Source of the DNA: an uncultured archaeon
Lineage (GTDB): Archaea > Asgardarchaeota > Thorarchaeia > Thorarchaeales > Thorarchaeaceae
Reading direction: 5' to 3'
Assembly (NCBI GenBank): GCA_964648855.1
Contig: CAZYLT010000003.1
Location: 180,001 to 212,000, forward strand
DNA length: 32,000 nt
Within the stretch, counting starts at the first letter, position 1. Every line of letters begins with the position of its first letter. Below the pieces are notes generated by a model. It was not told where the DNA came from, did no database searches, and was given only the letters and a program-made list of their open reading frames with translations. Positions 9,801-17,907 of the stretch are shown here, piece by piece. Both the position numbers and the translations under genes were made by a program.

Positions 9801-10374
9801 CAGTTCAGAAACTATCATGGTTTCAGTCGATGACCTCGAACTAGGAGTCCACAACTACACCTTAGTTGTAACAGATGTTGGATTAAATTCTGCGACCAGC
9901 ACGGTAATGGTAACCGTCGTGGATGGCACCTCTCCTACAATCGATAGCCCAGCAGATATGGAGTATAGTGTGGGTGAAACCGGTAATGAAATCGAGTGGA
10001 CCCCATTTGATGATCATCCGTTGAGCTATATGATATTGCTTGATGGGGAAACCGTTCAATCAGGTAGCTGGGAGAATGCCTCTCTTCCCATATCAATCTC
10101 TGTTGATGATCTGGATGAGGGCGTATACAACTATACAATCATTGTGGAAGATGTTGCTGGCAATAAGGTATCTGATACAGTCATTGTAATGGTTAATGCT
10201 TTGATTTCCTCCACTACGACAAGCACCACGACTACTACAACAACCACGACTACTACAACAACCACGTCCCCTCCTCCTGATGAGTTATCGCCAATGATAC
10301 TTGTGATTGCGGGTGTTTCTGGCGTTGTCATCATAGTTGCAATTATTGTGGCGATGCGAAAACGGTCTGGTTAA
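6877..10374 (+). CDS. Large cell-surface glycoprotein: signal peptide, 3 jelly-roll/CBM-like repeats, Ig-like domains, Thr linker, C-terminal TM anchor
   Basis: N-terminal hydrophobic signal. Three ~200-aa repeats start NPSFE / NGGFETG / DPSFEQ. Three 'PTIDxPAxxxYxxGxxGxxIxWxPxDDxP...GxYNYT' repeats follow, then poly-Thr, a TM helix and RKRSG. Many NxS/T sequons. Confidence 0.9.
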   Translation: MTTKHAILYLFVILMISSIVTAPSETPSLFSLSSRTEVSARDVFNSLASEEQLKELKVNVNENPSFETMDTTDWPDSYGGYTTSYKFTDYAYTAHVNTGSYAGYLAGYGVPGCGTSQTYFSRSFGQDPAALLYENLTLDFYWNTLNNPDIDIQAYVYLLVQTKNSTNDYHEIRYYLSNNYFSGTNRTSVTAYMWNFTIGDWHHFSRDLGQDYAASPYNSQPDSTRRLTSLRWYIATTENCRNTLEFVLDDTSLTNGTYSGWIPNGGFETGDGSYWGYTYSTATFVEQSTDATDGPYSLNMTSGVIESQWSAAYGAVEREYTYPTGLFVNEPDMTVINFDWKYNRILGSNSQYAKFAVKFQNETDDYYYHFFLGYGADELLGVSNSTTSIGIGLDGYNVRDTWHHAELDLHEYISDFGSTTGSVVRLQFYVYVPGLGSQSSLLVDNFTISSSPTGDPSFEQDWYEDTYTPFAGWFRYLGDAITQTRTTDSRSGDYACNITPYTTHDNYAGVIRPTFVNVSPNDFLDAWWRLDKMSGVDESSAIIKLEIDGGYSLNYILGAGGNYAPTNSSSNYYFNVEGFNTTGIWTNLHRNITADAQEGLTLSGDIQIKNVVLRVRSDYVGPSESVTTLILDDVIITDGASPVVEFVDQSPVSPMYNDNVLIHIDAFDTRPGIDSLAVNYTVDNGTTWLTLSTTGSYDAVIPAQAYGTEVQYCIIAVDGVGLETVDDNDSLYYSYTVGDDIDPTVNIDSPADAAEMEGIAIIETTVDDGGGSGIDYVEFRVGLILFHTDDTPPYASALNLDSIDLGVHTINATAYDVAGNHASDAITITVADTTTPTIDSPADVSFVEGEAGQWIAWGPDDYRPNNYEVLVDGVSEYSGLWNSTSELVNISLDGLAVGEYNYTCVVYDDAGLWTADTVIVTVADGSVPTIDVPASIEYIEFSTGHLITWSPADDHPESYSIYQNGTLLQFGLWNSSSETIMVSVDDLELGVHNYTLVVTDVGLNSATSTVMVTVVDGTSPTIDSPADMEYSVGETGNEIEWTPFDDHPLSYMILLDGETVQSGSWENASLPISISVDDLDEGVYNYTIIVEDVAGNKVSDTVIVMVNALISSTTTSTTTTTTTTTTTTTTSPPPDELSPMILVIAGVSGVVIIVAIIVAMRKRSG
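10225..10266 (+). repeat. 18-bp tandem repeat (ACCACGACTACTACAACA x2.3) encoding the poly-Thr linker
   Basis: Exact copies at 10225-10242 and 10243-10260, plus a partial copy. Confidence 0.85.
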
Positions 10375-10460
10375 CAATGACGACTTATGTGACCAAATAG
10401 GATGAATACAAAGAACATGCGCACTTAGAAGCGGTTGGTTTCATAATACGCTGAGAAGGT

Positions 10461-10551
10461 GTGGCCGGCGACTAATGGAGTCGTGGTAGGAGGGGGGAGT
10501 TATGTAATGAGGGCATGTTACGAAAACTAGGCCCCATCGGTCGCAGACCAC
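10461..10551. other. Long imperfect intergenic stem-loop (candidate structured RNA or bidirectional terminator)
   Basis: The 22-nt arms 10461-10482 and 10530-10551 pair at 18-19 of 22 positions including G:U. There is an inner hairpin. It lies between convergent genes. Confidence 0.45.
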
Positions 10552-10628
10552 GATGGTAATTTTTGGACGCTCCCTATTAAACCTATTCTAATTTTGAAAT
10601 ATCCATAAAATGAAAGTGCTTTTTTGCC

Positions 10629-13600
10629 TTATTTTTGACTTTCCTTTGGCATCTTTATTTGAATAGTCACTGGATTATTGTTGGCGAGACGGATTTCCCA
10701 ATTATGCGCCTGAATTATCCGTGCTACAATTTGCAGGCCAAATCCGTGTTCTGGATGTCCAGTTTTTTGCTCAAATAAGCCCTCTGTGAGATGGTCATCA
10801 ATGGGTTCGCCATCATTGATTATATTGAAAAGTGTCGTGTTGAAGTGAGATTCCTCGCGCACCTCTATGGAGGTGGCTTTGCCATGTTTTACGGCATTTC
10901 CAAAGAGGTTTGCGAATACCTGTCTGATTTTCGTTTCATCTCCTATTACAGGAGATAATTCATCTCGTCTGATGACTGTCGTGCTGGGCAGCGTCAAATC
11001 TGCAACCGAATCCACCACATCATTCATGTCGACTTCCTTCCTCTCTTCAATGACAAGACCCGCATCGGCTAGCTGAACCGAATGTTTTAGAAGTTGGTCT
11101 AATGAATCAACTACCCCCGCTATTTTCTGCTCATAACTTGGATCATCTTCCATTCTCCATAGTTCCACATATCCGTTGATTCTATGAAGATAGTTTCTGA
11201 TGTCATGACTCATCGCGTGAGCAAACTCACTAAGCTGCTCCTTCTGACTTCTGAGTAGCTCGTTTGCAGTCGCCTCCTCAGTTATGTTCTGAATCAGTGC
11301 AAGAACCATATTTGATTCAGAAAGTTTACCAGATAGTGCTATTGGAACAAGTGTGACATCGATAATGACCTTGCCTTTCTTGCCGGCATACGTTGCTTCC
11401 GAAAACATAGGGTCATGCATGTCAATCTCAGTAACATATGCTGCAGACTTGCCCCTTTCGAGCCTCTCTTTGGCATTTTCAGGCACAAATGTATCCTCAA
11501 AGAAATTATGGCGTTGTTGTTCCCTGACGCTAGAAAATCCAAATAGTGCTTTGGCAGCCTTGTTCGCTCTCACGAGTCGTCCGTTTGAATCGAAAACCTC
11601 AATGCCGATGGGAGATTCCTCAAATATGGCTCTAAGCTCCTCCTCGCGCTCCTTCAATGCTTTCGTTGCATTAACTTCCTTTGTTATGTCTAACATCTGA
11701 ATAATATACCCTGCGAGTTTGCCTTCGCTATACAATGGGGAATTAACAGAATCTAGAACAATGACCCCCTCTCGCTTAGTCGGATATAGCCCCGCTTCTC
11801 GAATTAGCTCGAAATCAAACTTGGTTTCTATCCTCTTCGCTTCTCCATGGTCAAAAGCATGTTTCACCTCAGGAGGAAGATTGGGGTCTTCGAATATGTT
11901 GAATTCCTTAAGGTCTTCAAGATTCTCTACACCGAACATATCCAAGCAAGCTCGGTTCGCATCTATTATAGTTCCATTCTTGTCAAATACATTGATTGCA
12001 ACTGGCGAGTTCTCGAATAGCTCTCGAAACCATTGCTCACGTTTTGCAAGTTCCTTTCTTGCTTCAACTTTTTCAGATACATCGTTAATCAATACAATAA
12101 GCTTCTTAGCTTCGTCTTTATCGGAGAAGATTGGTTCAATTATTGTTTCTAAATACACATATCCTGACTTGGATGTGTTATAGAGTTCTTTCTCCTTCAC
12201 GAGTCCAAAATCGAATTGGTCTTCGAATTCTATTCTTTCTCTGTTGCGAATTGCATGCTTAACTTCGATTGCTGTATTTGGGTCATTCAAGATATCGAAA
12301 CCGATTAGTTCCTGAGCATCACAAACACCGAAGATATCTCTTGCGGTATCATTGATTTGAACGATTTTGCCTTCTGAGTTTAAGATTTGAATTCCAATTG
12401 GAGAATGGTGGAATATTTTCCTAAAGTTCTCTCGACTCCTTCTAAGTTCTTTCTCTGCACGCTTTCTCTCAGTTATTTCGTTTGCGATGCCAATAACATA
12501 ACTCGGGTTTCCGTCATCATCTCTGAGCAGCGATACCGTCAAATCCACCCATATCATTGTTCCATCTTTTCTATAGTACCGTTTGTTCATTCTGAAGGAG
12601 GAACCGTCCTCCTTCAGCATTTTTTCCAAGTTAGCTTTGTCCTTATCTACATCATCAGGATGAGTATACTCTGCAACTTTCATTTTCTCAAGCTCGTCGT
12701 GGGAGTATCCGAGCATATCGCAGTATGCATCATTAACCTTGATTATATTGTCATCGAGCTCAACCATTGTCATCCCAATCGACGACTGCTCGAATGTAGC
12801 TCTAAATCTCGCTTCACTCTCCCGGAGCATGATCTTAGCATTAATTTCAGAGGATACATCCTCTAAGAATCCAATTGTAAAGGCGGGTTTGCCATTGGGG
12901 GTTCTGAGCAAGGAAACAGTCAGTCGCCCGTGGATGACTTCGTTATCCTTCCTGATGAATCTCTTCGTCATCTGATAACTCTTGATTCGTCCTTCTTGGA
13001 GCTTACGGCTCAGGTCCTTTTCTCTATCTGAATCCTCATCTACGCCAATATCAAAGACACTCATTCCACGCAGTTCTTCCCTCTCATATCCAAGGATTTC
13101 ACATAATTTCTGATTGGGTTCAATAATGGTTCCTTCCAAGGATACCTGAGCAATGCCAATAGCTGACTGCTCAAACATTATCTTCAAACGTTTTTCTGAT
13201 TCTCTCAAATCTCGACGGCCAATGTACCTTTCTGTAATATCGCGAGCAACGACGGCAATGTATGCAATCTTGCCATCTTCAATGATTGGTGCAAAGCTGG
13301 TTTCCCACCAAATACTTGTACCATTCTCCGGAGTATACCTAACAGTCAATTGCTGATTCCGTGCGGATGATATCACTTCGCTTATGGCACTGTTGACCTT
13401 GGCAGTACAATCGTCATCAACTAATCTCCACAGCTTTTCTCCAGAGATTTCGTCGGTTGAGAAGACATTTGGCTTGTTCGCACACGTCACGATATTTCCG
13501 TCTTTGTCTATGGATAATACCATATCTGCAACATTCTCTAGGAGCTGCTGATAGTCCGCATTCTTACGAGCGAGCTCTGCTTCGGCCCTAAGCTTCTCTG

Positions 13601-14360
13601 TAATATCCTCAACCATCTTCACAATTGTGTTCTCCTTGGTTGCACGATCCGTCAGAATAGTGCAGGCCAACCTCCCCCAAACCGTTTCCCCTTTCTTTGT
13701 TATGTAACGCTTATTCATCCTATAGGATTTTTTTCCGTGTCTTAGGCAATCTAGGTACTTGCTCCTCTCCAGTTCATAATCTTCTGAATGAGAAAAGTCG
13801 CTGACCTTCATCAGATTCAGTTCTTCAATGGTGTAGCCTAGCATGTCTGCCATGGCTTGATTTACTCTGACCACTTCTTCGTGAGAATCACTAATGGTCA
13901 TTCCAACACTTGCATGCTCGAAAAGCCTCGAAAAGCGAACTTCACTTCTCTTCAATTTCATTTCGAGTTTGTGTTTCGAGACCGTTGTGGCGACGTAATG
14001 CGCTAACTGCTCGTAAAGAGCTTTGACATTTCCGAGCTTCTTCAGAAGATAATAATCAGCACCAAGATTTAGCGCATCTACAGCTATATCTTCTCGACTT
14101 CGACCCGTGAACATTATGAAAGGAGTTTGCTTCCCATCCGATCTAATCTTTTCCAACATATCCAATCCCGTTATTTTGTTGGGACCCATGTCGTAATCGC
14201 AGATGATAGCATCCGGACTTCCTTCATCTAGCTTTTCAAGTGCATCTTCACAAGACTCGAATAGGCTCATTCTGATTCCAGGATTGATCCGGGTTAGCAT
14301 CTTTTCTGCAATCTCAAGAGTTTCTTTCCGGTCATCAATCATTATGACATCTATAGGCAT
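10629..14360 (-). CDS. Cytoplasmic hybrid sensor kinase: N-terminal receiver, 7 PAS domains, HisKA and HATPase
   Basis: REC motifs (IDD, DAIICDYDM, FTGR, GADYYLLK). Seven PAS starts of the type 'RFxxxFExSxxG' ending in DIT/EIT. H-box SHDIRN, N-box LFGNAVKHG, NDG and GFGL. No TM segments. Confidence 0.95.
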   Translation of the reverse strand: MPIDVIMIDDRKETLEIAEKMLTRINPGIRMSLFESCEDALEKLDEGSPDAIICDYDMGPNKITGLDMLEKIRSDGKQTPFIMFTGRSREDIAVDALNLGADYYLLKKLGNVKALYEQLAHYVATTVSKHKLEMKLKRSEVRFSRLFEHASVGMTISDSHEEVVRVNQAMADMLGYTIEELNLMKVSDFSHSEDYELERSKYLDCLRHGKKSYRMNKRYITKKGETVWGRLACTILTDRATKENTIVKMVEDITEKLRAEAELARKNADYQQLLENVADMVLSIDKDGNIVTCANKPNVFSTDEISGEKLWRLVDDDCTAKVNSAISEVISSARNQQLTVRYTPENGTSIWWETSFAPIIEDGKIAYIAVVARDITERYIGRRDLRESEKRLKIMFEQSAIGIAQVSLEGTIIEPNQKLCEILGYEREELRGMSVFDIGVDEDSDREKDLSRKLQEGRIKSYQMTKRFIRKDNEVIHGRLTVSLLRTPNGKPAFTIGFLEDVSSEINAKIMLRESEARFRATFEQSSIGMTMVELDDNIIKVNDAYCDMLGYSHDELEKMKVAEYTHPDDVDKDKANLEKMLKEDGSSFRMNKRYYRKDGTMIWVDLTVSLLRDDDGNPSYVIGIANEITERKRAEKELRRSRENFRKIFHHSPIGIQILNSEGKIVQINDTARDIFGVCDAQELIGFDILNDPNTAIEVKHAIRNRERIEFEDQFDFGLVKEKELYNTSKSGYVYLETIIEPIFSDKDEAKKLIVLINDVSEKVEARKELAKREQWFRELFENSPVAINVFDKNGTIIDANRACLDMFGVENLEDLKEFNIFEDPNLPPEVKHAFDHGEAKRIETKFDFELIREAGLYPTKREGVIVLDSVNSPLYSEGKLAGYIIQMLDITKEVNATKALKEREEELRAIFEESPIGIEVFDSNGRLVRANKAAKALFGFSSVREQQRHNFFEDTFVPENAKERLERGKSAAYVTEIDMHDPMFSEATYAGKKGKVIIDVTLVPIALSGKLSESNMVLALIQNITEEATANELLRSQKEQLSEFAHAMSHDIRNYLHRINGYVELWRMEDDPSYEQKIAGVVDSLDQLLKHSVQLADAGLVIEERKEVDMNDVVDSVADLTLPSTTVIRRDELSPVIGDETKIRQVFANLFGNAVKHGKATSIEVREESHFNTTLFNIINDGEPIDDHLTEGLFEQKTGHPEHGFGLQIVARIIQAHNWEIRLANNNPVTIQIKMPKESQK

Positions 14361-14520
14361 AGCAGCTCAACTTGCACGTTTATTGACACATCGTTGCAAC
14401 ACTTTTTAAAAGGATAATTGTCTTTTGGTGATGTGGTACCACCGTACCATTGAGGCCAATCCCTGCAAACCTTAAATTCATGCGGCTACTAGAGAAAGCA
14501 ACTAAAATGGAGGAAAAAGC

Positions 14521-15918
14521 GTGGAAATACCCATTTTGTCTGCAATCGGTGAAGGCTTGAAGGTCTTCTTCAAGACCAGAAGATATGTTGCGTATCTGAC
14601 CATTTTTGTTGCCTCGATATTTGTGTCCTATTTCTTTGCGTGGATACTCTCCTACAGCATAGGATCTTCACTTGCTCCTATTCTATTGAATGTATTTGCA
14701 TATGTAGGGGCGACTGGAACTATCTACTTTGGATTAGGTTCTCTATTCATGGCATTGAATCTCGAAAAGGTGTGGATAACTAGACGCGGAAGAGGGAGAG
14801 TAACTGAGCTCAAGGGCTTAGCATGGCTTGCGGTCTCATTTGCAATTGCAGTATTCTCCTCGTTGATACTCGGCACATCTGCATTATTCTTCTTCGCGAT
14901 TTTCTGCTGGTTGGGTTGGATTGCCTTTCAGGCGTATCTCTCTGCGAGAACTAGCCTACGAATTGCATCAATCAAGGAACCCAAAAAGGGTGGGATTGCC
15001 ATAGGAATTGGCAGTTTCATTGTGCTGATAATAGCACTGGGTCTTATTGCTGCAGAAGCAATACTTGCACTGTACATTATCCCAAACAACATTTTTGGAG
15101 CTGCTGATTTGGTGACATCGATTTTTGCTGAAGCAGCTGCAAACCTGGCGGCACAGTCTACGTCATTACTGGTCGCGTATGCAATGATGGGTCTCTTTGC
15201 ACTTGTAGCACTATTTGCATTTTTCAAATATGCTGGTAAAGGCGCCGCATTAAACATCGCTCTACTAGCATTGTTCATAGCAATCTACTCTGGTTACTTT
15301 CTGGTAAACGTAATGAGACGAACCGGAGCAGCCACTCTCTACCCCACGGACATCATCATGACGGTGTTCTTCCTCATTTATGCTCTCAGTGGAATTGGCC
15401 GAACAATAACTGAGGGTATCGAGGAATCACGAAGTAGAGTTAGAGACCTCGGACCAGTTCTCACATTCTTCTTGGCTAGCGGCTTCTTCTTTGTAGATAG
15501 TATGATATCATTAGCAGGTTACAATGCCCCCTTGATTAGCGATTGGCTCAATTTTGCATTGAATAGTGACTTTGCCTGGGTCTTCAGGGATGTGGCCAAA
15601 CTGACAGCTTTTCCACTGGCTGCAATTTTCTCCCTTCTATATTACCTAAGGACTGAGAGAATCGAGCGAATAGTTGAGAGGGCTAGAAGAGAGGGACGGA
15701 CCTATGCTCCTGAAGAAGTTGATAAAGATGTTGCAGAAGCCACTCCTGACCCTGGTGAAACATGGGCATCGGAAAAAGTCAAGGGCATAGAAGAGGGTCG
15801 TCCTGGATATGATTTATCCGCACCTGATCCTGATAGGCTCTCCATTGGGCAAGATCGAAGACTCGGTAGAGTCAAGCGCCTAGGTGAGGATGAAGAAGAA
15901 GAGGAAGAGGAGGAATAG
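14521..15918 (+). CDS. Polytopic membrane protein (about 11 TM) of unknown function with acidic cytoplasmic tail
   Basis: 465-aa ORF with GGAGG RBS and GTG start, many hydrophobic helices, and a C-terminal poly-Glu. Confidence 0.85.
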   Translation: MEIPILSAIGEGLKVFFKTRRYVAYLTIFVASIFVSYFFAWILSYSIGSSLAPILLNVFAYVGATGTIYFGLGSLFMALNLEKVWITRRGRGRVTELKGLAWLAVSFAIAVFSSLILGTSALFFFAIFCWLGWIAFQAYLSARTSLRIASIKEPKKGGIAIGIGSFIVLIIALGLIAAEAILALYIIPNNIFGAADLVTSIFAEAAANLAAQSTSLLVAYAMMGLFALVALFAFFKYAGKGAALNIALLALFIAIYSGYFLVNVMRRTGAATLYPTDIIMTVFFLIYALSGIGRTITEGIEESRSRVRDLGPVLTFFLASGFFFVDSMISLAGYNAPLISDWLNFALNSDFAWVFRDVAKLTAFPLAAIFSLLYYLRTERIERIVERARREGRTYAPEEVDKDVAEATPDPGETWASEKVKGIEEGRPGYDLSAPDPDRLSIGQDRRLGRVKRLGEDEEEEEEEE

Positions 15919-15929
15919 AAAATCAGATT

Positions 15930-15961
15930 GAGGAGTCAAGCACTCCTCTTTCCCCATTTTT
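15930..15961 (+). terminator. Hairpin GAGGAGT-CAAGC-ACTCCTC followed by a pyrimidine/T-rich tract
   Basis: Perfect 7-bp stem in the 44-bp gap between convergent genes. Confidence 0.5.
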
Positions 15962-15962
15962 A

Positions 15963-16457
15963 CTAGACTGGCTTCCCTACTGCAAGCTTTTCAAGGCTTT
16001 TTTGTATCTCAGATTTTATTTCCACCAGCATTTTACTCATTCCTTCAATATCAAAATTCGTGGAATCCTGAATAGAGGTGACTTCGCTCATCATATTCTG
16101 TAGCTGGTTAAGAATGCCTTTGAATCCAAGTTCGAAAAACTCATCCAAGTCAACACTCAATCTATACAATACACGTTTGCGCCCTCTTCCTGTCTGACTG
16201 AAGTCTCTTTGTCCATCTATGATTCTTATTGTTTCGAGCTGGGATATAATCAGACCCGCATTTGCTCTAGAATATCCAGTTGCCTGACATATCTCCTCAG
16301 AACTCAGACGATTGCCATTTCGATATTCCTCTATGAAAAGAACCATCAAAACTGGAGCGGCATTCTCTGATAGCCCGACCCAAAGGGCTAGCTTTTCAAA
16401 GAGCCTTGTTAAAGGTGAAGTCAATAGCTTCTGAAAATTGTCCAATATAGCCACCAT
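15963..16457 (-). CDS. GbsR/MarR-like winged-helix transcriptional regulator
   Basis: 'GLSENAAPVLMVL...LSSEEICQATGYSRANAGLIISQLE...GRKRVLYR' followed by C-terminal helices. Confidence 0.8.
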   Translation of the reverse strand: MVAILDNFQKLLTSPLTRLFEKLALWVGLSENAAPVLMVLFIEEYRNGNRLSSEEICQATGYSRANAGLIISQLETIRIIDGQRDFSQTGRGRKRVLYRLSVDLDEFFELGFKGILNQLQNMMSEVTSIQDSTNFDIEGMSKMLVEIKSEIQKSLEKLAVGKPV

Positions 16458-16633
16458 ATTACGTGCTGATTGTTTTTGATGATATTATATAATACATATA
16501 ACACTTTTACGTATTTATCATTCCGCAAATCACGAATAAGGACGGTGGTCCCTATTTGCGGACTAACTCGGCAGTTTTTGCATTCTATGCCACATTGAAC
16601 CTTTCACAGTTGGAATCTATTTTCATGGTTCTC

Positions 16634-17011
16634 TTAGGGTTCAATATCTTTGTTGATAAAGCGATGATATGCAGAATATCCAAGAAATGACCAAAGCGGG
16701 TAGAGGGCTATTTGAAAATACGCCAGAAAGTCAATCAACCCCTCGGTATTTTGTGCTTCAAAGGAAAAGACCCCGGAGTTGATCATGAGATCCTTGCCTG
16801 AAGTGGCATATGGCTGAAGTGGAATCCAAAACCAATCCATCCACCACCCATTATTATACAATGATGTGCTTGTGAAAATTATGGTTATTAGGGAAAACAG
16901 AGCAAGTATTTTCCCTATCCTGCTTGGGTTTCTTCGATCCGCCCATTGTCCTATTTTCATCGATAGGATTGACAGACCCATGAGCAGGAATGGATCAATA
17001 AGAAATGTCAT
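16634..17011 (-). CDS. Small membrane protein (about 3 TM), hypothetical
   Basis: MTFLIDPFLL...SLYNNGWWMDWFW...SGKDLMINSGVF...YPLWSFLGY. ATG 17011 is preferred over GTG 17020. Confidence 0.75.
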   Translation of the reverse strand: MTFLIDPFLLMGLSILSMKIGQWADRRNPSRIGKILALFSLITIIFTSTSLYNNGWWMDWFWIPLQPYATSGKDLMINSGVFSFEAQNTEGLIDFLAYFQIALYPLWSFLGYSAYHRFINKDIEP

Positions 17012-17030
17012 GGTAGACACTAAACCGTAC

Positions 17031-17177
17031 CTAGAGAAGCAGGGTAAGTGCTGAAAGAAACATAAGTATCAGCGCCGCAATCACGCAATTCACACATGCG
17101 CCTTCCTGTATCTCCTGCTTGTCCTTCTTTGTTAGCTTCTTCGATTCAACTACTTCCTCGTCTTTTTCGTCTTCCAT
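17031..17177 (-). CDS. 48-aa tail-anchored membrane protein (below ORF-track cutoff)
   Basis: My translation: MEDEKDEEVVESKKLTKKDKQEIQEGACVNCVIAALILMFLSALTLLL*. It has GGGTG upstream and fills the gap between two same-strand genes without overlap. Confidence 0.65.
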   Translation of the reverse strand: MEDEKDEEVVESKKLTKKDKQEIQEGACVNCVIAALILMFLSALTLLL

Positions 17178-17241
17178 ATCAGAACACCCTGCAATTAGAA
17201 ACAATGATTCCTCTATTAAAAGTACGTACTAGCAATATGAT

Positions 17242-17772
17242 CTACTCCCAACGCTTGACCAATGACCACAATTGTTGCTGTTTTTGTTCTTGGAAGTCTT
17301 TTGCTAGGATAATCTCATCTCGGACAGGTATTCCGTGTATCCCCGTTCTTGGAATCGATGGTTTCATCTCTCGGGCATGTTCCATGGCATTGACTTGAAT
17401 GCTTGTAATGTTGAAACCAAGCTTCTGGTAGAACGCTAGTGACTCCACGTTATCATTGGTTGTGGTCACTTCCAACATATTGCAGTCTTTCTGTAAAAGC
17501 TTCTCCTCTAGATAGTCTATCAGACGTGAACCAATGCCTTCACGCTTCATGAATGAATTCAAGGTGAGTATAGCACATTGCGTGCCGGTAATTCGATATA
17601 GTAGGAAACCCCCCCTTTCCGAGTTCTTCAATACGATTAATGCATCAAATTCTGCGGGATGGACCTCTCTCCCTTTGATTATAACCAAGTCCGAATGCCA
17701 CTCATTTCGGACCGCGTTTCGAATCCATTCTTCATCATATTCTTTCTTTTCTACAATCTCTATTTCTATCAA
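17242..17772 (-). CDS. GNAT family N-acetyltransferase
   Basis: ILTLNS...REGIGSRLI, VTTTNDNVESLAFYQKLGF, REMKPSIP...GIPVRDEI. Confidence 0.92.
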   Translation of the reverse strand: MIEIEIVEKKEYDEEWIRNAVRNEWHSDLVIIKGREVHPAEFDALIVLKNSERGGFLLYRITGTQCAILTLNSFMKREGIGSRLIDYLEEKLLQKDCNMLEVTTTNDNVESLAFYQKLGFNITSIQVNAMEHAREMKPSIPRTGIHGIPVRDEIILAKDFQEQKQQQLWSLVKRWE

Positions 17773-17814
17773 ATATGTCCCACCAGTATAGTTCTATTCA
17801 AAGGATGTATGGTG

Positions 17815-17849
17815 TGGCATGCCATAATCATATATGTCAATATGACATA
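17815..17849. promoter_or_regulatory. Two palindromes in the divergent GNAT-GNAT intergenic region
   Basis: TGGCATGCCA (17815-17824) and TATGTCA-ATA-TGACATA (17833-17849). Confidence 0.4.
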
Positions 17850-17907
17850 CTATTGTTTCAAGAAGAATCAGGTGGTATGAACCATTTATAATTACGCGGA
17901 GGTCACG

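Noticed and set aside
17878-17880. In-frame TGA upstream of the GNAT as a selenocysteine codon
   Set aside because: It is not at a catalytic Cys position, the upstream frame is not protein-like, and I recognised no SECIS element.
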